Part shown: positions 19,632 through 27,783 of the stretch, one piece after another
How positions within the stretch are numbered: position 1 is the first letter of the stretch
Layout of the letters: every line of letters starts with the position of its first letter
NCBI RefSeq assembly: GCF_030070105.2
Contig: NZ_CP194951.1
Span: forward strand, 1,038,453-1,070,452
Direction of reading: 5' to 3'
From: Bermanella sp. WJH001
GTDB taxonomy: Bacteria > Pseudomonadota > Gammaproteobacteria > Pseudomonadales > Oceanobacteraceae
DNA: 32,000 nucleotides
Translations under genes and position numbers: made by a program
The notes under the pieces: generated by a model
Seen by the model: only the letters and a program-made list of their open reading frames with translations
Databases searched by the model: none
Told to the model about the DNA's origin: nothing

Positions 19632-22600
19632 ATGGATAGTTTGAGCCGGATGAGCATACAGTATAAATTTATCATGCCTTGGGTGTTGCCACTGATAGGG
19701 CTGGTATATGCCTTTATATCAATACCCCAAGAGCAAGCAGGGAATGCTCTCATTATACTGAGTTTATTATGTGCGGCTGGGCTCATTGCTCATTGGATGC
19801 AAGCCCATAAACTATTGACGGTTTTATTACTGGCAACCCGTAGCGCAAATGCCACCGCAAACGGTGATTATGGTTATGAACCCACAACCAAAGGTAAGGA
19901 TGAATTAGCCAAGCTTATTTATACCATGGTGAATTTACGTAATAGTGTTAAGTCTATTGCATCCAGTAGTGCTGATCTTGATAGTTCTAACTTGAAAGAA
20001 GACACAGAGAAAGTTGCGGCCATCGATAAGGTTCAAGCAATAATTGAATTCAATATGGATGGAACCATAATTACCGCAAACAAAAATTTCTTAGGAGCCG
20101 TCGGTTATTCATTAGAAGAGATACAGGGTAAGCACCATAGTATTTTTGTAGACTCAGAATTTAAAGCTAGCAATGAATATCAAGATTTCTGGAGAAAGCT
20201 CAATAATGGTGAGTTTGAATCTGCAGAATATAAGCGTGTAGGGAAAGGCGGAAAAGAAATTTGGATTCAAGCATCTTATAACCCAATTATTGGGAAAGAT
20301 GGTAAACCTTATAAAGTCATTAAATTTGCAACGGATATTACGCAGCAAAAAATTGATAATATATCTAATACTCGTATCAGAAGAGCTTTAGATTCATGCG
20401 CCGAGTCATGTTTAATGGTTGCGGATGAAAATTACGATCTTGTATATACCAATAAAGGTGTACAAGACATGTTTATCACGGCAGAGTCGGATATTAAGAA
20501 AAGTATTCCAAGCTTCTCTGTGGATAATGTTCTTGGTAAAAATATTGATATTTTCCACAAAGATCCAAGTTATCAGCGTTCAATGCTAGATAAATTATCA
20601 GACACATACAAAACCAAACTTGAGTTAGGAGATCGTACATTCTCATTGATCGTGAACCCAATATTAAGTGAAGAGGGTGCTCGCATTGGAACGGTAGTAG
20701 AGTGGACCGATAAAACAGAAGAAATTGCTCGTACCGAAAAAGAAGAAAAAATATCTGCCGAAAATGCTCGTACTCGCAGCGCGTTAGATGTGTGTCAGGC
20801 TAATGTGATGATGGCTGATGAAAACTTAAATATTGTTTATTTAAATAATTCGGTACGTGAAATGCTCACCGAGGCTCAGCCTGATATTAAGAAAGACTTA
20901 CCAAGCTTTGACGTCAGTAAATTAATGGGCTTTAACGTGGATGGTTTCCATAAAAACCCGGCTCATCAGCGTGGCATGCTAGCGGATTTAAAAGATGTTT
21001 ATAACACTAAAATTGTGGTGGGCGGTCGCACCTTTGATTTAGTGGCCACACCTGTTTGGCAAGATCAAAAACGTCTGGGCACGGTTGTTGAGTGGAAAGA
21101 CTTGACCGATCAACTTGCATTTGAAGCAGAACAAAAGCGTATTTCTGATGAAAATACACGTGTACGTTTAGCGCTTGATGCTTGTTCAGCGAATACGATG
21201 ATTGCCGATAATGATCAAAATGTGATTTACACCAATGAAGCGGTTTCAGGCATGTTGCGCATTGCTGAATCGGATGTACGCAAAGACCTACCTAACTTTA
21301 CCGCAAGTAAAGTATTGGGTAGTAATATTGATATTTTCCATAAAAATCCGGCACATCAACGTCAAATGTTATCAGCATTAAAAGATACCTATCGTACTCA
21401 GATTGTAGTGGGTGGTCGTACATTCTCCTTGATTGCCAACCCTATTATTAACCCAGAGGGTGAGCGATTAGGCACGGTTGTTGAGTGGAATGACCGTACT
21501 GAAGAAGTGGCGGTTGAACGTGAAGTGGATAACATTATTGAGTCAGCTGGTAAGGGCGAATTAAGTTTACGTGCCACGGTTGAAGATAAGAGTGGTTTCT
21601 TTAAAAATCTTTGCATGGGATTAAACAGCTTAATGACCATTTCGGAAAACGTCATTAATGATACAGCCCGTGTTTTAGATGCCATGGCACACGGTAAATT
21701 AGACGAACGCATTGAAGCAGATTATCAAGGTATTTTTGGCAAGCTTAAACAAGATGCCAATGATACGGGAGAGCGTTTAACAGATGTCATCGGTCGAATC
21801 CGCGAATCTGCAAATACCGTCAGTACCGGCTCCACTGAAATCGCACAAGGTAATACTGACTTAAGTCAACGTACCGAAGAGCAAGCCTCTAGCTTGGAAG
21901 AGACGGCATCCAGTATGGAAGAAATGACCAGCTCTGTTCGTCAAACCAGCGAAAATGCCTCTCATGCAAATAACCTAGCTGCCAATGCTCAAGAGAAAGC
22001 GCAAAAAGGTGGCGAGGTTGTGAGTAAAGCCGTTGGCGCAATGGAAGAAATTAACACCTCAAGTAAGAAAATTTCAGACATCATTGGTGTGATAGACGAA
22101 ATTGCATTCCAAACTAACCTACTCGCATTAAATGCTGCAGTAGAAGCAGCCAGAGCCGGTGAGCAAGGCAAAGGCTTTGCAGTGGTGGCAGGTGAGGTTA
22201 GAAACTTAGCACAGCGCAGTGCTGGGGCGGCAAAAGAAATTAAAGACTTAATTCGCGATAGTGTTGAAAAAGTCGATAATGGTACTGACCTTGTTAACAA
22301 ATCGGGACAAACTCTAGCAGAAATTGTAGAAGCCGTTGAAAAAGTTAACACCATGATTAAAGAAATCAGTTCAGCCTCTGAAGAGCAAGCCAGTGGTATA
22401 GAGCAAGTAAACAAAGCCATTAGCCAAATGGATGAAATGACTCAGCAAAATGCTGCTCTAGTAGAAGAAGCATCTGCGGCCAGTGAAACCATGACCGAGC
22501 AAGCCAAAAACATGCTGGATCTCGTGGGTTTCTTTAAAGTGGCTTCGGGTTCTGATACTCATAATCCTATGGGGCATCAGTCAGCTATGATGAGTCACTC

Positions 22601-22712
22601 ATCTAAGCCTTCTCAATCAAAATCAAGCGCGTCATCTACACAAATCCATAAACCGACTACGGCAAGTCGACCTGTGGTAAAAGATGACGACGACGATTGG
22701 CAAGAATTTTAG
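19632..22712 (+). CDS. Methyl-accepting chemotaxis protein: TM hairpin-HAMP-PAS-(Aer2-like PAS)x3-HAMP-MA domain-tether-DWQEF
   Basis: MCP hairpin tip '[42 protein letters not shown]'. Two hydrophobic segments lie at residues ~17-34 and 42-59 with a 7-aa loop. There are four PAS-like modules. The ORF opens at a GTG at 19620, but the ATG at 19632 follows AGGTGGA. Confidence 0.93.
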   Translation: MDSLSRMSIQYKFIMPWVLPLIGLVYAFISIPQEQAGNALIILSLLCAAGLIAHWMQAHKLLTVLLLATRSANATANGDYGYEPTTKGKDELAKLIYTMVNLRNSVKSIASSSADLDSSNLKEDTEKVAAIDKVQAIIEFNMDGTIITANKNFLGAVGYSLEEIQGKHHSIFVDSEFKASNEYQDFWRKLNNGEFESAEYKRVGKGGKEIWIQASYNPIIGKDGKPYKVIKFATDITQQKIDNISNTRIRRALDSCAESCLMVADENYDLVYTNKGVQDMFITAESDIKKSIPSFSVDNVLGKNIDIFHKDPSYQRSMLDKLSDTYKTKLELGDRTFSLIVNPILSEEGARIGTVVEWTDKTEEIARTEKEEKISAENARTRSALDVCQANVMMADENLNIVYLNNSVREMLTEAQPDIKKDLPSFDVSKLMGFNVDGFHKNPAHQRGMLADLKDVYNTKIVVGGRTFDLVATPVWQDQKRLGTVVEWKDLTDQLAFEAEQKRISDENTRVRLALDACSANTMIADNDQNVIYTNEAVSGMLRIAESDVRKDLPNFTASKVLGSNIDIFHKNPAHQRQMLSALKDTYRTQIVVGGRTFSLIANPIINPEGERLGTVVEWNDRTEEVAVEREVDNIIESAGKGELSLRATVEDKSGFFKNLCMGLNSLMTISENVINDTARVLDAMAHGKLDERIEADYQGIFGKLKQDANDTGERLTDVIGRIRESANTVSTGSTEIAQGNTDLSQRTEEQASSLEETASSMEEMTSSVRQTSENASHANNLAANAQEKAQKGGEVVSKAVGAMEEINTSSKKISDIIGVIDEIAFQTNLLALNAAVEAARAGEQGKGFAVVAGEVRNLAQRSAGAAKEIKDLIRDSVEKVDNGTDLVNKSGQTLAEIVEAVEKVNTMIKEISSASEEQASGIEQVNKAISQMDEMTQQNAALVEEASAASETMTEQAKNMLDLVGFFKVASGSDTHNPMGHQSAMMSHSSKPSQSKSSASSTQIHKPTTASRPVVKDDDDDWQEF
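20370..21512 (+). repeat. Three tandem diverged copies (~390-400 bp period) encoding paralogous PAS domains within the MCP
   Basis: Copies at ~20370-20729, 20769-21119 and 21159-21512. They share blocks R-x-R-x-ALD-x-C, 'KDLP.F', 'FHK(N/D)P..QR.ML', 'GGRTF.L' and 'GTVVEW.D.T'. Roughly half the residues are identical between copies 2 and 3, by eye. Confidence 0.9.
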
Positions 22713-22726
22713 AGAAGTAATGTACT

Positions 22727-23551
22727 ATGGATTTCTCGGGTAAGGAATTCCCAATGGCTGATGAGGACTTTAAACGCCTCTCAGCCAAGGCTTACGAAAT
22801 CAGTGGCATCGTATTGGGAGATCAAAAAAAAGAATTAGTTTATAGTCGTATATCCAGACGCATTAGAAAACTAGGTCTTAAAAATTTCTCTGAGTACTGC
22901 CAGCATTTAGAAGCGAATCATACTGCTGAAGTAAATGAATTTGTTAATTCAATTACAACAAACCTAACGTCATTCTTTCGTGAATCTCATCATTTTGAGT
23001 ATTTAGCAAAAGAAATCATACCGCATTGGAAAAAGCAAAATAAGTCGATCCCCATTCGTATATGGTCATCGGCTTGCTCTACCGGTCCTGAGCCATACAG
23101 TATTGCAATCACTTTGCATAAAAACATGATGGTCAAACAACATAATATTAAAATATTAGCAACCGACTTAGATAGTGATGTTTTAAAAAAAGGTCGTGAA
23201 GGCATTTACCCTCTTACCGAAATTGAGCAATTACCGAAAGACTACCTGTCTTGTTTTCAGCAGAATGCAACAACGGGTATGGGAATGGTAAAGCCTGAAA
23301 TAAAAGAAATGATTCAATTTAATCGCTTAAATTTGCTTGGCCCTTGGCCAATGAATGCAAAATTTGATGTGATATTTTGTCGTAATGTGGTGATTTATTT
23401 TAATAAAGAAACCCAAAAAGAATTATTTGAACGTTTAGCAGATCAGCTTAACGATGGTGGTTATTTATTTATAGGTCATAGTGAAACACTGCACGGTATG
23501 ACCTCTCGGTTTGAGTCTAAAGGCCGAACTATTTATAAAAAGATAAGGTGA
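22727..23551 (+). CDS. cheR: Chemotaxis protein methyltransferase CheR
   Basis: 'TNLTSFFRESHHF', 'RIWSSACSTGPEPYSIA', 'DVIFCRNVVIYF' and 'LFIGHSE' motifs. An alternative start at 22754 is preceded by TAAGGA. Confidence 0.93.
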   Translation: MDFSGKEFPMADEDFKRLSAKAYEISGIVLGDQKKELVYSRISRRIRKLGLKNFSEYCQHLEANHTAEVNEFVNSITTNLTSFFRESHHFEYLAKEIIPHWKKQNKSIPIRIWSSACSTGPEPYSIAITLHKNMMVKQHNIKILATDLDSDVLKKGREGIYPLTEIEQLPKDYLSCFQQNATTGMGMVKPEIKEMIQFNRLNLLGPWPMNAKFDVIFCRNVVIYFNKETQKELFERLADQLNDGGYLFIGHSETLHGMTSRFESKGRTIYKKIR

Positions 23552-23555
23552 TTAC

Positions 23556-24197
23556 ATGGCACATAATCCACTGAATCAGCCACCTGCTGAAAAAGGGTTT
23601 GAGCATGTTAATCGCTATTTTGATCCAAAGATAAATGTATGGTCAGCAAAAATATTGCCAGGTGAATTTTATGTTACCACTCATGGCGAAATGATTGGCA
23701 CGGTTTTGGGTTCTTGTATCAGTGCTTGTGTGCGAGATGTCACACTAGGTATAGGTGGTATGAACCATTTTATGCTGCCCATTCAAAACGAGCATAGTTC
23801 AGCGCAGTGGGGCAGCGATGCCAATACGTCTGAGACTCGTTATGGCAATTGGGCCATGGAGTATTTATTGAATACGCTTTATAAAATGGGTTGTACGAAG
23901 CGAAATCTAGAAGTGAAGTTATTTGGTGGCGGACAAGTACTTGCCAGTATGACGGATATCGGGCAAAGAAACATATTATTTGCGTACGATTTTTTACGCA
24001 AAGAAGGCATCAATGTAAAAGCTGCCGATGTAGGTGATGTTTATTCGAGAAAAATACTTTATTTTCCCGATACCGGATGTGTGAAAGTAAGGCGCATTAC
24101 AACCACGAAAAATGAAACCATTATCGAGCGCGAAAAGGGCTACCTGGATTCTATCAGGCAGCATAAAGATGACTCTGATATTGAACTATTTGATTAA
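23556..24197 (+). CDS. cheD: Chemoreceptor glutamine deamidase CheD
   Basis: 'ILPGEFYVT', 'TVLGSCISACVRD', 'GGMNHFMLP' and 'VKLFGGG' are the CheD signature. The position between cheR and cheB matches Che2/F7 clusters. Confidence 0.88.
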   Translation: MAHNPLNQPPAEKGFEHVNRYFDPKINVWSAKILPGEFYVTTHGEMIGTVLGSCISACVRDVTLGIGGMNHFMLPIQNEHSSAQWGSDANTSETRYGNWAMEYLLNTLYKMGCTKRNLEVKLFGGGQVLASMTDIGQRNILFAYDFLRKEGINVKAADVGDVYSRKILYFPDTGCVKVRRITTTKNETIIEREKGYLDSIRQHKDDSDIELFD

Positions 24198-24209
24198 CAA
24201 GGGTGGATC

Positions 24210-25268
24210 ATGATTAAAGTGCTGATCGTAGATGATTCAATCTTAATACGAAAAGTTTTAACACAGATATTATCTGATCAGGCGGATATCCAAGTAGTGG
24301 GTACGGCGGCTGATCCCTATATTGCTAGGGATAAAATTAAAGCCCTCAATCCAGATGTCATTACGCTTGATATTGAAATGCCTAAAATGGACGGTATTAC
24401 CTTTTTGCGTAACCTAATGCGCTTAAGGCCTTTGCCGGTTGTGATGATTTCCACACTCACACAAAAAGGTGCACCATCAACATTAGAAGCGTTGGAAATC
24501 GGAGCCGTAGATTATATCGGTAAACCCAGTGCCGATAAGCCTGAATTGTTAAGTGAATATGCCTCAGAAATCATAGAAAAAGTGAAAATGGCGTCGGTCG
24601 CCAACGTGAGTCGCCTAGAGGTTCAGGCCAATAGAACACCGCCAAAAGTGATTAAACCTATTGAAAAACAAGGTTTGAATCGAGACGGTTTAATTGTGAT
24701 TGGCGCTTCCACCGGAGGCACTGAAGCCATTAGGGAGCTGCTGTGCATGTTGCCAGTGGACACCCCACCAATCGTCATCACTCAACATATACCGCCGGTG
24801 TTCAGTGCATCATTTGCTAAGCGAATTAATGGCATGATTCAGCAAGAAGTCAGTGAAGCACAAGATGGCGATAAGATTATGCCAGGACATATTTATATCG
24901 CCCCTGGTGACAAGCAATTTGAAGTTGTGCAAAAAGGTGGTCACTTCTACTGTAAAGTGTATGACGGTGAACGGGTCAATTTACATAAACCGTCGGTAGA
25001 GGTTTTATTTGACTCGATTAGCCGTAACCCGCAACTGGCAAAACGCTCCATTGGCATTATGCTCACAGGAATGGGGGCAGATGGAGCACAAGCCATGCTG
25101 AGAATGAAGCAAGCGGGTTGTTATAATATTGTGCAAGATAAAGAAAGTTCAGTTGTTTGGGGAATGCCTGGTGCCGCGGTTGATTGTGGCGCGGCAGATA
25201 AGGTTTTACCACTTAATCACATTGCAGCCCATGTGGTATCACATTTAAAAAAGGGAATTAAGCGTTAA
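24210..25268 (+). CDS. cheB: Chemotaxis response regulator protein-glutamate methylesterase CheB
   Basis: REC domain ('VITLDIEMPKMDG') plus an esterase domain ('IGASTGGTEA', 'ITQHIP', 'MLTGMGADGA'). Confidence 0.95.
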   Translation: MIKVLIVDDSILIRKVLTQILSDQADIQVVGTAADPYIARDKIKALNPDVITLDIEMPKMDGITFLRNLMRLRPLPVVMISTLTQKGAPSTLEALEIGAVDYIGKPSADKPELLSEYASEIIEKVKMASVANVSRLEVQANRTPPKVIKPIEKQGLNRDGLIVIGASTGGTEAIRELLCMLPVDTPPIVITQHIPPVFSASFAKRINGMIQQEVSEAQDGDKIMPGHIYIAPGDKQFEVVQKGGHFYCKVYDGERVNLHKPSVEVLFDSISRNPQLAKRSIGIMLTGMGADGAQAMLRMKQAGCYNIVQDKESSVVWGMPGAAVDCGAADKVLPLNHIAAHVVSHLKKGIKR

Positions 25269-25346
25269 ATTTTACTAAATTATTTTTTTTGAACTATGCT
25301 CAAAATATGCAGTACAACTCTACGCCAAGGAAATAAGAGGTTTGAC

Positions 25347-25646
25347 ATGCCGGTAAATGCTTCGATTAAAGGTGATGAATTGACCGTCACCGTGGAAGGG
25401 CGCTTTGACTTTAGTGCACATCAAGAATTCCGTGATGCTTATGAAGATGCGGGGGCAGGTGTGAGTAAATACGTGATAGATATGTCTAAGGCTTCATATT
25501 TAGACAGCTCCGCACTTGGTATGCTTTTATTGCTGCGTGATCATGCCGGTGGTGAGAGCTCAAATGTGCGTATTACACGTTGCAATGCCGATGTGAAAAA
25601 AATTCTAACCATTTCGAATTTTGAGCAACTCTTTACTATCGATTAG
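25347..25646 (+). CDS. STAS-domain anti-sigma-factor antagonist (HsbA/SpoIIAA-like)
   Basis: 'ASYLDSSALGMLLLL' is the phosphorylatable DSS-x-LG motif, with serines at residues 54-55 counted from the ATG at 25347. AAGAGG precedes that ATG. The ORF opens at 25296. Confidence 0.8.
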   Translation: MPVNASIKGDELTVTVEGRFDFSAHQEFRDAYEDAGAGVSKYVIDMSKASYLDSSALGMLLLLRDHAGGESSNVRITRCNADVKKILTISNFEQLFTID

Positions 25647-25667
25647 CGGTAAGGTCTGAGGTCAGTT

Positions 25668-27383
25668 ATGGATGAAAGACCGCTACATGTATTAGTGGCA
25701 GATGATAACCAATCTGATCGAATGATACTGTGTGCCATCGTTAAAAAAATGGGCTACACCGTATGTGAAGCCGCTGATGGTAATGAAGCCATCGACCAAT
25801 TTTTAGAACAAAAACCTGACATCATCTTACTTGATGTGATTATGCCCAATTTAAATGGGCAACAAGCCGCTAAGACAATCAAGACCCTAGCGGGAGAAGA
25901 TATGGTTCCTATTATCTTCTTAACCTCTCTACAAGAAGCGTCTGACTTAGCCGCCTGCTTAGAAAGTGGTGGCGATGATTTTATTTCTAAGCCTTATAAT
26001 AAAATCATTCTGCAAGCAAAAATCAATGCTTTTAGTCGCATGCTGAAAATGCACACAACCTTGCAAACTCAGCGTGATTTAATCCGCGAAAATAATGAAC
26101 ATATGCGTCACGAGCAGCAAGTTGCAAGAGCTGTATATGATAATGTGGCACACAGTGGCTGTTTAGATCTACCCAACATTAAGCACTTGTTATCTCCTTT
26201 TTCTATTTTTAATGGTGATGTTCTTTTAGCTGCGCGCAAGCCTTCAGGCAGTATTCATATTTTATTAGGTGACTTTACCGGACACGGTCTGCCTGCTGCT
26301 ATTGGGGCGATGCCACTTGCTGAAATATTTTATGGTATGACGGCAAAAGGTTTTTTTATGTCGGATATTCTTCGAGAGATTAATATCAAATTAAAAAAAA
26401 TCTTACCAGTGGGTTACTTTTGCTGTACCTGTATGGCCAATATGAGTTTTAGACGCAACGAAATTGAAGTGTGGATGGGCGGATTACCAGATTTTGGCTT
26501 GTATCGTAAAAACACAGGTCAAGTTGAGCGAATTAAATCCAACCATTTACCTTTAGGGGTTTTGTCATCCCAAGCCTTTGATGCAGAAACCAAAACATTT
26601 GACTTCTTACCTGGTGATAAATTCTACATGTGGTCAGATGGTATCATTGAAGCCCGTAATTCTGATGGTGAACTGTTTGGCGATGAACGATTATTTTCGG
26701 TTTTTGATAATAAAAATAGCGATGACTATTTTGATAATATTCTAAAAAGTGTTAATCAATTTGTTGGTGAAAATGGCCGAGACGATGATACAACGTTATT
26801 AGAGTTGTCTATGGTTGATGAGTCTGAGATCGGTAGAGTGGATATTGATCTCTCAAGTGGTGCCATTAGTGGCCCCACAAATTGGAATATGATTTATACC
26901 CTAAGAGACGAAACCCTAAAGTCGTTTAATCCTTTGCCTATTATGCTAAACATTTTAAATGATGTGCCGGCATTACGGCGTTTAAGTGGGCAATTGTATA
27001 CCCTAATGGCCGAGTTATTTTCTAATGCGTTTGAGCATGGTGTGCTTGGATTAAGTTCGGAACTTAAAAAAACCGCCGATGGTTTTGCCGAATATTATCG
27101 TTTACGCAGTTGCGCGATGGAGTCTTTAGAGAATGCGTTTGTTAAATTTGATTTTGATCTGACCCCGACCAAAGATGGCGGTAAGCTGACCATCATTGTA
27201 GAAGATAGTGGGGAAGGTTTTGATTATGATAATGATAACTTCGACTCAAATATTGATGAAAATGTCGCATATTCTGGCCGAGGTATTCCACTGATTTATA
27301 GTTTATGCGATAGTCTCACCTATCTTGATAAGGGTAATAAAGTCAAAGTTTGCCTATCATGGAAATCCCCGATTGAGGAGTAG
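25668..27383 (+). CDS. Three-domain REC - PP2C (SpoIIE-type) phosphatase - RsbW-like HATPase serine kinase (HsbR-like partner-switch regulator)
   Basis: REC domain 'VLVADDN...IILLDVIMPNLNG...SKPY'. PP2C motifs 'GDFTGHGLPAA', 'WSDGIIEA' and 'GRDDDTTLLEL'. C-terminal kinase N-box 'ELFSNAFEHG', G1 'EDSGEGFD' and G2 'SGRGIPL'. Confidence 0.85.
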   Translation: MDERPLHVLVADDNQSDRMILCAIVKKMGYTVCEAADGNEAIDQFLEQKPDIILLDVIMPNLNGQQAAKTIKTLAGEDMVPIIFLTSLQEASDLAACLESGGDDFISKPYNKIILQAKINAFSRMLKMHTTLQTQRDLIRENNEHMRHEQQVARAVYDNVAHSGCLDLPNIKHLLSPFSIFNGDVLLAARKPSGSIHILLGDFTGHGLPAAIGAMPLAEIFYGMTAKGFFMSDILREINIKLKKILPVGYFCCTCMANMSFRRNEIEVWMGGLPDFGLYRKNTGQVERIKSNHLPLGVLSSQAFDAETKTFDFLPGDKFYMWSDGIIEARNSDGELFGDERLFSVFDNKNSDDYFDNILKSVNQFVGENGRDDDTTLLELSMVDESEIGRVDIDLSSGAISGPTNWNMIYTLRDETLKSFNPLPIMLNILNDVPALRRLSGQLYTLMAELFSNAFEHGVLGLSSELKKTADGFAEYYRLRSCAMESLENAFVKFDFDLTPTKDGGKLTIIVEDSGEGFDYDNDNFDSNIDENVAYSGRGIPLIYSLCDSLTYLDKGNKVKVCLSWKSPIEE

Positions 27384-27388
27384 GTAGT

Positions 27389-27721
27389 ATGTCCCATTTA
27401 AATATGGAGCAAATTCAAGAATTAAAAGACATTATGGAAGAAGGCTTTAATGATCTTGTCTTAACCTATTTACATGATAGCGAAGTAAAACTGACGGCAT
27501 TAAAAGCGGCCATTCAATCCTCAAAGAGTGAGCAGGTTGCTGAAATTGCTCACAGCTTAAAAGGCTCTAGTGCCAATATCTATGCTGAGTCCTTATCTGC
27601 ACTGTTCAAAAAAGTTGAGGATTCAGGTCGCTCGCAAACATTACAAGATGTACCGTATGTGTTTGAGAAAATAGAAGAAGAATTCTCACACGTTAAAACT
27701 CAACTGCAACAATTACAGTAA
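27389..27721 (+). CDS. Stand-alone histidine phosphotransfer (Hpt) protein (HptB-like)
   Basis: 'VAEIAHSLKGSSANIYAESL' is the Hpt active-site helix. It is 110 aa and starts 5 nt after the preceding gene, with GAGGAG upstream. Confidence 0.85.
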   Translation: MSHLNMEQIQELKDIMEEGFNDLVLTYLHDSEVKLTALKAAIQSSKSEQVAEIAHSLKGSSANIYAESLSALFKKVEDSGRSQTLQDVPYVFEKIEEEFSHVKTQLQQLQ

Positions 27722-27732
27722 CCTTTTAAACT

Positions 27733-27748
27733 TGGCCTAAGCATTGCA
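27733..27748 (+). promoter_or_regulatory. Sigma-54 promoter of fliK
   Basis: TGGCCTAAGCATTGCA has exact GG-N10-GC spacing and a TTGCA -12 element. It starts 11 nt after the hpt stop and ends 35 nt before the ATG at 27784. Confidence 0.75.
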
Positions 27749-27783
27749 AATTCTTTATATCAAAGAATTAATTGGGTCATGTT

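Noticed and set aside
20370-21512. The three ~390-bp repeats in the MCP as an assembly duplication artefact or repetitive element
   Set aside because: The copies are substantially diverged at the DNA level, stay in frame and preserve PAS structural motifs. They are real domain duplications.
21989-22420. 143-aa minus-strand ORF antisense to the MCP signalling domain. The same applies to 21398..21712, 27821..28255 (antisense to fliK) and 30871..31131 (antisense to fliN).
   Set aside because: These are typical long antisense shadow ORFs of Ala/Ser/Glu-rich coding regions. Each lies fully inside a strongly supported CDS.
16218-27732. The insert as a mobile genomic island
   Set aside because: The insert has no integrase, transposase, flanking direct or inverted repeats or tRNA at its borders. 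Codon usage and composition look similar to the flanking flagellar genes by eye, though I did not compute this. It looks like an old, domesticated operon fusion.
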